In this document: positions 26,498 through 35,946 of the stretch, in pieces
Layout: every line of letters starts with the position of its first letter
Numbering within the stretch: position 1 is the first letter of the stretch
IMG/VR virus record: IMGVR_UViG_3300037067_002302
Location: 4,913-68,912 of that record
Origin: a virus
Lineage: Duplodnaviria; Caudoviricetes
Reading direction: 5' to 3' (one strand)
Length of the DNA: 64,000 nucleotides
The notes under the pieces: model-generated
Seen by the model: the letters and a program-made list of their open reading frames with translations, nothing else
Told to the model about the DNA's origin: nothing
The model's database searches: none
Made by a program: the position numbers and the translations under genes

Positions 26498-27126
26498 TGG
26501 TAGATAAGAAATCAAGAAAGAAAAGAACTCCGAAGTCGGATGAATCAAGAACAGCCGGTTCTTTTGTAATTCCTCCTATTGCCACACCGGATGAGGCTAT
26601 CGCTCCTGTTGCTGGAGTGGCGAAGGATAACGACATGATGAATCCTGATCCCATTCCCGATACCGCAACCGTAAAAACTACTGGCACTGAGGCGGAGGTA
26701 TGGGAAGCTCCTGTCATGGAGCGGGTGAAAGTCAAAAAGGACGGGCGCAACCGGCGCGACTTCGCATTACCGAAAAACCCTGGACTCAACACGTTTCTTG
26801 TAGAGAATACAGAGGAAGGACGCAATAAAATGCGTCGCCTCGGTTATAAAGAGATACCGGCGTCCGAGATTGCTGAAACCGATGGCGTTGTGATGCATGA
26901 CAACAGGCTCGGACACGATGTAGTTATCCATAGAGATCGCGTAGTCATGGCTTGCCGAAAAGAATACGCTGTGGAGCGTGATCGTGAAAACATAGAAGCG
27001 CATAAGGAAATGAATGCAAAACGAGATCGCCAATCCGATGAAGAAGGATTGCATAGATACGACGACGACGGTGAGACCACGACGGGCAGGATGTTCAATA
27101 TTCCGTTAGATATAAGTGGGAGATAA
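26497..27126 (+). CDS. Hypothetical head-module protein
   Basis: 209 aa between scaffold and capsid genes. Confidence 0.65.
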   Translation: MVDKKSRKKRTPKSDESRTAGSFVIPPIATPDEAIAPVAGVAKDNDMMNPDPIPDTATVKTTGTEAEVWEAPVMERVKVKKDGRNRRDFALPKNPGLNTFLVENTEEGRNKMRRLGYKEIPASEIAETDGVVMHDNRLGHDVVIHRDRVVMACRKEYAVERDRENIEAHKEMNAKRDRQSDEEGLHRYDDDGETTTGRMFNIPLDISGR

Positions 27127-27134
27127 ACGACTAA

Positions 27135-27476
27135 ATGGACGATAAACCTTACGGATTCCCAGTTGATAAAGTCAAGATATTTGCTGATGATTATAATGTC
27201 ATTTGGGAAAACGCAGATTGGGAAATAGGTCAAAAATTATTCGGTCAATGCGTTCCTGATACCTGCGAAATACATATTACAACACGAATTAGTGGTTATA
27301 AATTAGCTTGTGTGTTTTTACATGAAGTGGCACATGCTCTCGCTGCTTGGGATGGGTGCTACAGTAGTGCTGATGGTGAGCAGGTTGCTAATTTAGCTAG
27401 TTACGATATGGTAAATTTCTGGCGGGATAACCCTGAAGTATTTGATTGGTGGATTGGTATTGTCAAGAATAATTGA
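27135..27476 (+). CDS. Small HExxH metallopeptidase-like protein
   Basis: LFGQC...IHI...VFLHEVAHA. Confidence 0.7.
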   Translation: MDDKPYGFPVDKVKIFADDYNVIWENADWEIGQKLFGQCVPDTCEIHITTRISGYKLACVFLHEVAHALAAWDGCYSSADGEQVANLASYDMVNFWRDNPEVFDWWIGIVKNN

Positions 27477-27502
27477 ATTGGATTGCGACCGAAAAACCCG
27501 AA

Positions 27503-27531
27503 TTGACAAGTTAGCACATTCATGATATATA
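27503..27531 (+). promoter_or_regulatory. Promoter upstream of capsid genes
   Basis: TTGACA-N17-TATATA. Confidence 0.55.
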
Positions 27532-27534
27532 AAA

Positions 27535-27710
27535 GGTGATAACTACTACAACAATAATGATGGTAGTTATCACCGCACAACAATTGTGACTTCGGCCTCG
27601 ACGAAACAATCACATTGTTGTACTTGGCGGATAGTCTCCCAAAGACTGCAATCCGCAGGTTCAAAGGCGGACAGCCAGTTATATCGCTATTTGCAATATA
27701 AACAGTGGCT
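27535..27710 (+). ncRNA. Four-hairpin structured leader upstream of capsid genes
   Basis: GGTGATAACTAC/GTAGTTATCACC (12 bp), ACAACAATTGTGA/TCACATTGTTGT, GCGGAT-AGTCT/AGACT-ATCCGC and AGCCA/TGGCT stems. Confidence 0.4.
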
Positions 27711-27771
27711 ACAATCCTCTAGTTAAAAGAACCATCAGTAAAAACACAACTAAATTCTGGAGGCAACCACT

Positions 27772-28269
27772 ATGGCTAGAGAATACGCCGGGTTCCTGCC
27801 AGTACGTAGTGAAACTGGTGGGCCACCGCCTATCAAGAACTACCCGCTGGTGTCGGGAACCTATTATGAAGGTTCTATCCTTAGACTCAGCGCGACAACG
27901 GGTTCAGCCACCAAGTTTGCAGATGGTGGGACAAGTGTGCTCGGTGTTTGCGCGGCTTATGTGTCTACGGCGGATTCCACGACAGGTAAATATCCTGTTT
28001 ATCTCCCAGTGCCGACTACAGAGTTTGAAGCCAAGATGCTCGGTTCGTTTGCGCCGCAAGCGAAGGTGGGCGACAAGGTTCCAATTCTAGTAGGCACGAC
28101 TTTCAATTATAGACTGAGAGGAACAGTTGCGGGAACAGCATCGCTTGAAGTATGCGCTATATCGGGATTCCATCCTGATGAATCATTATCCGCGCATACA
28201 GGTAATAAGTTCCGCGTCAAGTTCAGCAGGTCTATCTTCGCGCAGACTAAATCGCGAGTAGATGACTAG
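27772..28269 (+). CDS. Capsid decoration/minor capsid protein
   Basis: 165 aa, beta-rich, directly before the MCP. Confidence 0.6.
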   Translation: MAREYAGFLPVRSETGGPPPIKNYPLVSGTYYEGSILRLSATTGSATKFADGGTSVLGVCAAYVSTADSTTGKYPVYLPVPTTEFEAKMLGSFAPQAKVGDKVPILVGTTFNYRLRGTVAGTASLEVCAISGFHPDESLSAHTGNKFRVKFSRSIFAQTKSRVDD

Positions 28270-28287
28270 GATTAGGAGGGAAATCAA

Positions 28288-29187
28288 ATGACTATGACAA
28301 GAACAGGCTTCACTCCTCTCCTGGCAGAAGGACTGCGTGAAGTCTATTTCGACGCATTAAGATTGAACACGCTTGTATATCCAGAGATATTCGATATACA
28401 AAAGAGCACCAAGAGGTCTGAAACCGATCACTCGGTTACAGGTATCGGTATGCTCACTGAAAAACAAGAAGGCGAAGCCACGGAGTACGAGGACTTCGTA
28501 GATGGATTTGACACTGTTTATACACACAAAACCTTCTCTAGAGGCATTCGCATAACCCAAGAGTTGATAGAAGACGACCAGTACGGTGTCATGAAGAACC
28601 GGACAAAGGCGCTTGCCAACGCGACAAGGTATAGGATGGAGTACGATCACTTCTCTCTGTTTGTCAACGCGGCAGGCACTACGGTATTTACCGGTGGTGA
28701 CGGTGAGGCGCTTGCGTCTACCGCTCATCCGCTTATCGGTGTCAATGGGACGACAATAGGCAACTATGTATCGAGCAACCTGACGCTTGGCGCGTTGGAA
28801 ACAGCATTTGCGCATTTCAGGAACATGAAAAACGATCAAAACCTGTTCGTTTACACTGAACCTAGTGTGCTGTTGGTTCCGCCCGCACTTGAGTTCGATG
28901 CATGGGAGATACTCAACTCGACCGGTAAGCCAGGGACGGCAAACAATGACGACAACTATTTCAAGGCCAAGTTGAAGTTGGTTGTCAGTCCGTTCTTGAC
29001 TGACACAAACTGCTGGGCGATTCTTGCCGACAAGGTATATGGCGCGCCGATTTCCTTTAACAGAGTGCCGGTATCGTTCAAAAACGATGGCGACTTCGAC
29101 ACAGACGACGCAAAAATGAAGGCTCGTGTCCGTTACTCGTATGGCGCGAGTGACTGGAGATGGTTGTACTGGTCGGCGGGTGCTTAG
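28288..29187 (+). CDS. Major capsid protein (HK97 fold, Mu gpT-like)
   Basis: EKQEGEATEYE, YTHKTFSRGIRITQELIEDDQY, LLVPPALE, VVSPFLTD, FDTDDAKMKARVRY. Confidence 0.9.
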   Translation: MTMTRTGFTPLLAEGLREVYFDALRLNTLVYPEIFDIQKSTKRSETDHSVTGIGMLTEKQEGEATEYEDFVDGFDTVYTHKTFSRGIRITQELIEDDQYGVMKNRTKALANATRYRMEYDHFSLFVNAAGTTVFTGGDGEALASTAHPLIGVNGTTIGNYVSSNLTLGALETAFAHFRNMKNDQNLFVYTEPSVLLVPPALEFDAWEILNSTGKPGTANNDDNYFKAKLKLVVSPFLTDTNCWAILADKVYGAPISFNRVPVSFKNDGDFDTDDAKMKARVRYSYGASDWRWLYWSAGA

Positions 29188-29201
29188 GAAGGAGCCGATA
29201 A

Positions 29202-29669
29202 ATGGGAACTACAAATCTCGACAAATTGGAGCTTTCCGGCGTTGAAAGAGGCGGCACTACACTTAACGTTACTGGTACTTCTGCTTTCACCGGCGATATA
29301 TCATTGACCGGCAATATAACGCAAACTGGCGACCTCGGAGTTACTGGCGCAATATCCGCGTCTGGAGATACGACAATAGCCCGGATGGTAGTAGCATCAG
29401 CGGCGAACGCGATGGCTGGGTTGAAAACCATAGCCGCTCCCAGTGCCGGATCGGGTGTTGTTGCTACGACTAAGGTTAAAGCCTCATCGCGGGTCATACT
29501 GACTCCGATCAGAGGCACTGCTTACGGCAATGCCAATTTGGGCGTAGGTGCTGTCATATCGACCATAGCATCAGGTACATCGTTTACCGTGAGACTATGG
29601 CGCTGTCAAACGGCGGGAACGCTTGCTACGGCAAGTGGGCGTGTCGCATGGCAGATTATCAACAAATAG
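29202..29669 (+). CDS. Virion structural protein (head fibre/decoration)
   Basis: Gly/Thr/Ala-rich; follows the MCP. Confidence 0.55.
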   Translation: MGTTNLDKLELSGVERGGTTLNVTGTSAFTGDISLTGNITQTGDLGVTGAISASGDTTIARMVVASAANAMAGLKTIAAPSAGSGVVATTKVKASSRVILTPIRGTAYGNANLGVGAVISTIASGTSFTVRLWRCQTAGTLATASGRVAWQIINK

Positions 29670-29678
29670 GCGTTTAGC

Positions 29679-29710
29679 TTGAAGGGAGAGTGTTAACACT
29701 CTCCCTTCAA
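29679..29710. terminator. Perfect 32-bp palindrome
   Basis: TTGAAGGGAGAGTGTT|AACACTCTCCCTTCAA. Confidence 0.6.
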
Positions 29711-29723
29711 TGTATGCGGGAGT

Positions 29724-30743
29724 TTGAAATTGAATCCATTCAATAACTGGAAGATTTTACGAAATCCAGAGAGGCTTGTAGAGTGGTTGAGGAAAGGCAC
29801 TACGGATGCGCCCATAGGTTTTGACCTCGACCTTACAAATATATGCCCTCACAGGTGTCCTCGATGCTTAGGGTGTTGGACTGAGAATGTCACTGCGGAA
29901 ACGGAGACTGATAAGGCAATTGCAATCATAGACGAGATGTGGTCGCTGGGATGCAAGGCGGTCAATTTTACGGGTGGCGGCGAACCATTAGCTCACCCGG
30001 ATGCGGTAAACATAATCAAATATGCGTCAGAGAAGGGACTATCCGTAGGACTCATCACAAACGGTTCTTTATTGACTCCAGAGGGAGCAATTATTCTCGC
30101 CGACAGTTGCGCGTGGATACGTATATCGCTGGATGCGGCAGACCCATTACGATTTTCACTTGTTCATGGCGTAGAACCATCTGAATACGATATTGTGCTT
30201 GAAAATATAAAATATTTGGCTGGGATTAAAGACCGTAAGGCGGTCGTTGGCGTTGGAATATTAACTGAAGAAGCAATGAGAAACGATATTGTCAAGTCGG
30301 CGGGGATTGTCAAGAGTTTGGGTTGTGATTATGTCCAGTTCAGGCCGTTCGATACCTCAAGGGATGATGTAAGTAAAGAGATCGAGACGGCGAAAAGGCT
30401 TTATGAAAGTAACTCATTCTCGGTAAACAGCAATCTTTATCGTTATGCGAACCTTACGAATAATATCAAAAGAACTCATTCCACCTGCTACGCGCAAAAC
30501 TTCTGGACGATCATAAATGCCCAAGGGTATGTGCAGATATGTTGCGACCAAAGACTCGATAATGGCAGGATTGGCGACCTGAATAAACAGACATTCAGCG
30601 AGGTGTGGCATGGCGATAGACGAAAAGCTGTTATCGAAAGCATCGATTGTATGCGCGACTGTCCGCCTGACTGTCGAATGAATGCACACAACGTAATGTT
30701 AGAACACTTTGCGGAACCTATATGCCACGAGGCGCACCTTTGA
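29724..30743 (+). CDS. Radical SAM protein with SPASM/twitch domain
   Basis: DLTNICPHRCPRC, FTGGGEPL, ITNG, IRISLDA, C-terminal C..INAQGYVQICC...IGDL...C...C. Confidence 0.9.
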   Translation: MKLNPFNNWKILRNPERLVEWLRKGTTDAPIGFDLDLTNICPHRCPRCLGCWTENVTAETETDKAIAIIDEMWSLGCKAVNFTGGGEPLAHPDAVNIIKYASEKGLSVGLITNGSLLTPEGAIILADSCAWIRISLDAADPLRFSLVHGVEPSEYDIVLENIKYLAGIKDRKAVVGVGILTEEAMRNDIVKSAGIVKSLGCDYVQFRPFDTSRDDVSKEIETAKRLYESNSFSVNSNLYRYANLTNNIKRTHSTCYAQNFWTIINAQGYVQICCDQRLDNGRIGDLNKQTFSEVWHGDRRKAVIESIDCMRDCPPDCRMNAHNVMLEHFAEPICHEAHL

Positions 30744-31438
30744 TAGATGTGAGCATCGTAGAGATAGTGCCAAGCCCTAAACTGTCTATCGTAGTTGCCA
30801 CCGACACTGAGCATGTGAACGGAATATATGAACCGATGGATAAGCTGTCGGTTGCTGATAACGCGGCGGTTAGTTATTCGGTATCAGTTGAAGATGAAAT
30901 ATTTAACCAGGCCGATGGGTGGAACGTGGCAGCCGAGTTAGTTGACACTCCATACATAGCGTTTTCATGCACCGGTGTGTTCATATCTTCACGGATCATA
31001 ATGGATACAGTGGACACACTGAAGCAATATCCCGATGCAATAGTCATCGCGCATAGGACTGACGAACAGAAGGACGGTTCAACCAGGTTCAATCCTTATG
31101 CGGCTGGAGATTGGATGGCTATGTCTAAAGCTACCTTCATGGAAAGCGCGGGATTTGATCTAAAGATCGGGTACGGCGGTTATATCGAGTTCGACCTGTT
31201 ATGTGATTTCGTGCTGCAAAAGCGACCTTTATTCGTGTTATCGGATACGGTAATGCATAAATATCATCCCGTGCCTGATCCTGAGAGATATAAAGAAATT
31301 AACGCGAAGAATACGCTCTATTCGATGAGCAAGGGCAAACCGCAACTATGGTGGAACTGGCCGAATGTATGTTTACAGAGCGATGGCAGGATGTTCCCGC
31401 TAGGAATAACAATCCAAGAAGAGGAGATCGCGTGTTAA
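30722..31438 (+). CDS. Glycosyltransferase-like protein (GT-A/GT2-like remnant)
   Basis: AAGDWMAMSKATFMESAGFD...YGGYIEFDL...MHKYH; start may be TTG 30740. Confidence 0.5.
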   Translation: MPRGAPLIDVSIVEIVPSPKLSIVVATDTEHVNGIYEPMDKLSVADNAAVSYSVSVEDEIFNQADGWNVAAELVDTPYIAFSCTGVFISSRIIMDTVDTLKQYPDAIVIAHRTDEQKDGSTRFNPYAAGDWMAMSKATFMESAGFDLKIGYGGYIEFDLLCDFVLQKRPLFVLSDTVMHKYHPVPDPERYKEINAKNTLYSMSKGKPQLWWNWPNVCLQSDGRMFPLGITIQEEEIAC

Positions 31439-34400
31439 AACTTACTGTTTACTGCATAGCTAAAAACGAAGAAATGAGTTTGCCTGTGATGCTCGACTCA
31501 GTGAAGGATATAGCAGATGAGATCGTAGTGTGCGATACCGGCAGCACGGACAGGACAATTGAGGTTGCAAAACGATATACCGACAAGGTGTATTCGATAC
31601 CCTGGGAAGATTCATTCGCCAAAGCTCGCAATCTGGCGCTTGAGAAATGCACGGGCGACTGGATTCTATCGATGGACTGCGATGAGGTTCTGACCGAAGA
31701 AACGGCTAAGAATCTTAAACCTGTGCTTCGGAAAATACCTGATAATATCCATCTTATTTTAGTCACTATGCGGATGCTCAAGGATGACGGGTCGCTTCAC
31801 CAGTCTTTTTTAGCTGAAAGAGTCATAAGAAATCATGTAGGCGTAAGATTTGAAGGCGATATGCACAACTGGGTAGAGACCGCGCCTGGTTATGACCGCA
31901 TTGGAATACCGGAACTTACCATAGACCATAACCGCGCTCCCAAGTCAAAAGAGAGCCGGATGGACAGATGTTTGCAGCGACTCCAGATGTCGGAGAATAT
32001 ATTTCTGCCGAAGATCGAGGCCGACCCGAACGACCGCCGAAGCATATTTTATCTTGCCGGGACGTATTTTGACAGCGGGATGCATGAGAAGGCTATCAAT
32101 TGGTATGAGCGACACTTAACGATAAGTAAATGGAATGAAGAAAATTATCAATCATCTTACCTACTCGCGCAGGCTTATGCGAGTGTCGGCAGGCCGGAAG
32201 ATGCTCGCAACGTGTTAGCCGCCCATTGCATAGACAACTGGCGGCGCGGTGAAGGCATTCTGATGCTCGGCGAATTGGCTTACATCAAAGGCGATTACGA
32301 AGAAGCGGAGTTCTGGATGAAGACGGCAAGTTTGAAACCTATGCCAGTCGATCCGTTCTTCGTCGAAGCTGACGCATATACCTGGCGACCTCATCATGGA
32401 CTGTGGCTAGTCTATAGGAAAACCGGCAATACAGAGCAGGCGATAAAGCATGGGCGCATTGCTATCGAACAAGGCACTCCTTATTGGAAAGAGATTATCG
32501 GTTATGAAAAAGACCATACCGATTATCCGTGTGACAGGATCGCATTCCTGGTAGATCGTGGGCAAATGGATTTCTTACAGTCGGTAGTAGACCATTTCAT
32601 AAATATTGGCAAGGACGTTCAGATTTCCTCCGATATAAACCAAGTCGAACAGATTGCGGAAGAATCGGACTGTGTGTTTTGCGAATGGGCTGGCGACCTT
32701 GCCATAAAACTTACCAACCTCGAAAAGAAGGGTCGTATTATTGTAAGAATCCACGGATACGAGACGCACAGCGGCCACTTACAACAGGTGAATTGGCGAG
32801 TGGTAGACGACGTTATTTTTGTCGCGCAATATCTAAAGGATTTGGCCTGTGAACAAGTGCCTGGACTCGACCAGATGTGTAAATGCCATGTAGTTCCTGG
32901 CGGGATTGAGGTAGATAAGTTCTCTATTGCGCCTTCATTAGATACCGAATATGAACCCGGCAAGTTCTTGACGATTGAGGATGAGAAGTTGCCCGTCAAG
33001 AATTACGAGAAGATGCTTACAAGTCCTACTGGCAAGGAATGGTGGTCGAGGCCGTATGAATACGCGTGGATTCTCAATCATTTGAACAAAGGCGAGAAGG
33101 TTCTCGACTTTGGCGCGGGTTACAGCGGGTTTGCCGAACTCATGGCCGAGAAAGGTTGTAATGTTGCGCGGCAGGATGTCGATGCTGAAGCAATGCGAAA
33201 AGAGTCAGAGCGCAACCCGAATATTCCCGTAGTTATCGGTTCGGATATAGGACAGAACGTATATGACGCCATCGTATCATGCAGCGTTCTTGAGCATCTA
33301 AATGATATATCTGGTGTCCTGAAGAATTGTTATAACGCGCTTCGTCCTGGCGGCAGGTTGGTTATGACCTATGACGTGCCAAGGGTGAAAGTAGACGCAT
33401 TATCAAAGATACTTCGTTCGATAGGGTTTGTTATTGGAGATACACCGGCAAACGTTCCATCCGGCGCAATTGGAGGCACTTGGAAAGACGGATGGGAGAT
33501 AGATAACGAGCATGGACAGTTAAGGTGTTATGCGCTTGTGGCTACCAGGCCGGAGTATTTGAGCAAAACGGGCAAACGTATCGCGATGGCATGTTATGGG
33601 AATTACAAGAAAAACCTGCCGCTCGCATTGCAGATATTTGCCAAGTGTCCCGTGGATTACGAACTCCATATTGCAATTGATTGGCAGGATCACCGCACCT
33701 ATGGTTATGTGATGCACCTGATAGATGAACTAGGGTTGCGGGAACGGGTGTTTTTCTATCCCTGGCAGGCTGATCTTAACACTTTCTATGCGGACAAAGA
33801 CTATTATTTGTCAACTTCTATTGAGGAATCTTTTTGTTATTCATTAGCGCAGGGCATGGCGGCGGGACTAAAGCCGGTCATTCACTCTTGGCTGTCCGCA
33901 AGAGATTTCTACAAGCCCGAATGGATATTCAAAACGATTGACGAAGCCGTCCAGATGCTTACGTGCGAGTGTAACCCAGAACAGTACAGGCAGTATGCTA
34001 TAGATCATCTGAATATCTCGAAGAACCTGAAGCGAATACACAGGATCGTCACTCGACCTAATATAGCCATTATCGACGACGAGGGTGGTGTCAATCCATA
34101 CGGGTTTGCCAACAAGCTAGCCGTTACCCTGAATGATATGGGTTACAGTACGGAAGCGGGTAAGCCGGATTTAGTTATCCTGACCGGGCATGAACCAAAG
34201 ATACCGGATGACATGAAGGGTATTAAGTCCGTTTTATGGCACTGTGAACAGGTTGGTATAAGCGATGAACATAGTCGCAATCGACTTGGGAAAATTGCTC
34301 AATTGATACCGAGCGTCGATCTGGTGGTTACTCATAATCCACTTGATGTACCGATATACAAAGAATTCGGCGCAAGACGGGTTGAATTCGTCAGTTGCGC

Positions 34401-34869
34401 TTGCGCTAGTCCTCCGTTCGGCAAGGCAGCAGTCGAAAAGATATATGATGTTGGATTCTCCGGCTGTTTATCTAATCACAGAAAAGCAATAATTGGCGCG
34501 TTATGCAAATCCGAGAAGTTCAAAGTCACGGTTTTCGAGGATTGCAACCATGAGGCATTGAACGAGTTTTACAACAGGTGCAAGATTGTCTTGAACCTGC
34601 ATATATCGGCGGATGGACTCAATATCGAGTCAAGACTCGGAGAAGCGATGGCGGCAGGCGCGTTCGTTATATCCGAACCATTGCCTGAAGGATACAAGAT
34701 ACCGTTCATTATCGAGACCGAGGCTGCTAATATTGAGCCTGAGATTATCAAATGGCTTGATAATACCGATAGAGAAAAACTGGCAAACGCGGGACATTCA
34801 TGGATATGGTCTAATCAGACGCTCACGGGACAACTTGAGAAGATATTGGAGTTAGCTGATGCGATCTAA
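31432..34869 (+). CDS. Multidomain glycosyltransferase: GT2 + TPR + GT-B (with inserted class I SAM methyltransferase) + CgeB/GT1-like domain
   Basis: YCIAKNEE, VVCDTGSTD, WILSMDCDE; TPR helices; VLDFGAGYSG and CSVLEHL; STSIEESFCYSLAQGMAAG; YDVGFSG...KIVLNLH...ESRLGEAMAAG. Confidence 0.9.
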   Translation: MLKLTVYCIAKNEEMSLPVMLDSVKDIADEIVVCDTGSTDRTIEVAKRYTDKVYSIPWEDSFAKARNLALEKCTGDWILSMDCDEVLTEETAKNLKPVLRKIPDNIHLILVTMRMLKDDGSLHQSFLAERVIRNHVGVRFEGDMHNWVETAPGYDRIGIPELTIDHNRAPKSKESRMDRCLQRLQMSENIFLPKIEADPNDRRSIFYLAGTYFDSGMHEKAINWYERHLTISKWNEENYQSSYLLAQAYASVGRPEDARNVLAAHCIDNWRRGEGILMLGELAYIKGDYEEAEFWMKTASLKPMPVDPFFVEADAYTWRPHHGLWLVYRKTGNTEQAIKHGRIAIEQGTPYWKEIIGYEKDHTDYPCDRIAFLVDRGQMDFLQSVVDHFINIGKDVQISSDINQVEQIAEESDCVFCEWAGDLAIKLTNLEKKGRIIVRIHGYETHSGHLQQVNWRVVDDVIFVAQYLKDLACEQVPGLDQMCKCHVVPGGIEVDKFSIAPSLDTEYEPGKFLTIEDEKLPVKNYEKMLTSPTGKEWWSRPYEYAWILNHLNKGEKVLDFGAGYSGFAELMAEKGCNVARQDVDAEAMRKESERNPNIPVVIGSDIGQNVYDAIVSCSVLEHLNDISGVLKNCYNALRPGGRLVMTYDVPRVKVDALSKILRSIGFVIGDTPANVPSGAIGGTWKDGWEIDNEHGQLRCYALVATRPEYLSKTGKRIAMACYGNYKKNLPLALQIFAKCPVDYELHIAIDWQDHRTYGYVMHLIDELGLRERVFFYPWQADLNTFYADKDYYLSTSIEESFCYSLAQGMAAGLKPVIHSWLSARDFYKPEWIFKTIDEAVQMLTCECNPEQYRQYAIDHLNISKNLKRIHRIVTRPNIAIIDDEGGVNPYGFANKLAVTLNDMGYSTEAGKPDLVILTGHEPKIPDDMKGIKSVLWHCEQVGISDEHSRNRLGKIAQLIPSVDLVVTHNPLDVPIYKEFGARRVEFVSCACASPPFGKAAVEKIYDVGFSGCLSNHRKAIIGALCKSEKFKVTVFEDCNHEALNEFYNRCKIVLNLHISADGLNIESRLGEAMAAGAFVISEPLPEGYKIPFIIETEAANIEPEIIKWLDNTDREKLANAGHSWIWSNQTLTGQLEKILELADAI

Positions 34870-35818
34870 CTATACAGGACAACATGCGGTGGTGACAGGC
34901 GGAGCGGGCTTTATCGGTTCCCACCTGGCAGACGAGTTATTGCGTATTGGCATGAAGGTCACAATCATAGATAACCTTCTAACCGGCACTCGCAAGAATA
35001 TCCCGCTTGGAGTTCAGTTCATAGAAGCGGATGTTTGTATCGTCAAACTACCGTATATGCCGACAGATTATGTATTTCATCTGGCGAGTCCGGCAAGCCC
35101 GATTGATTATGCCGAGTATCCCATCGAAACGCTACTTGTGGGTTCGGCAGGTACGCTCAATATGCTGAATTACGCTAAATCATCGGGAGCAAAGTTCATA
35201 CTTGCGTCCACGAGTGAGGTATACGGGTGCGCCGAAATAAACCCACAGCCGGAGAGTTATTGGGGCAGCGTGAATTCCGTCGGCCCTCGCAGTATGTATG
35301 ATGAAGCCAAAAGGTTCGCTGAAGCGGCAACTATGGCTTATCACGACGCGTGTGGACTGGATACGCGTATCGCCAGGATATTCAATAGTTACGGGCCGAG
35401 AATGCGCCCTACAGACGGGCGCGTGGTGTCTAACTTCATCAGGTGCGCGATTGAAGGTTTACCCGTTGAGATAACAGGTGATGGATCGCAGACCAGGAGC
35501 TTCTGTTATGTCGCGGATACCGTGGACGGACTGATAAAACTGGCTTTGTCCGATTATCATCTGCCGGTGAATATAGGGAACCCGAATGAGATAACGATAC
35601 GCACGCTTGCGGAAAAGATAATGAAACTATTCGATAGCGTTTGCCAGGTTAGGTATTTGGAATCTCGGATCGATGAACCGTATAACCGCAGGCCAGATAT
35701 AACGATTGCAAAACAGGTTCTTGGTTGGGAGCCTAAAGTCAACCTTGCCGATGGACTGAATAAAACCTATGGTTGGATGAAGGGCGAGTTAGATGTGCGC
35801 GAAAAATATCAAACTTAA
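34859..35818 (+). CDS. UDP-glucuronate decarboxylase (UDP-xylose synthase)-like SDR
   Basis: VTGGAGFIGSHL, HLASPASP, ASTSEVYG, GPRSMYDEAKRFAE, RIFNSYGPRM, QTRSFCYV. Confidence 0.9.
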   Translation: MRSNYTGQHAVVTGGAGFIGSHLADELLRIGMKVTIIDNLLTGTRKNIPLGVQFIEADVCIVKLPYMPTDYVFHLASPASPIDYAEYPIETLLVGSAGTLNMLNYAKSSGAKFILASTSEVYGCAEINPQPESYWGSVNSVGPRSMYDEAKRFAEAATMAYHDACGLDTRIARIFNSYGPRMRPTDGRVVSNFIRCAIEGLPVEITGDGSQTRSFCYVADTVDGLIKLALSDYHLPVNIGNPNEITIRTLAEKIMKLFDSVCQVRYLESRIDEPYNRRPDITIAKQVLGWEPKVNLADGLNKTYGWMKGELDVREKYQT

Positions 35819-35946
35819 ACGTGAGCAAAGGAAAGTAGACTGCGACAGGTGCGGGTTTACATTCAACAAGCGTGATCTCTCACGAGTTCACGGGATGCTT
35901 GTATGTAAGACATGCCGAGACGAGCCTTCGTATAAGGAGCCTGAAG

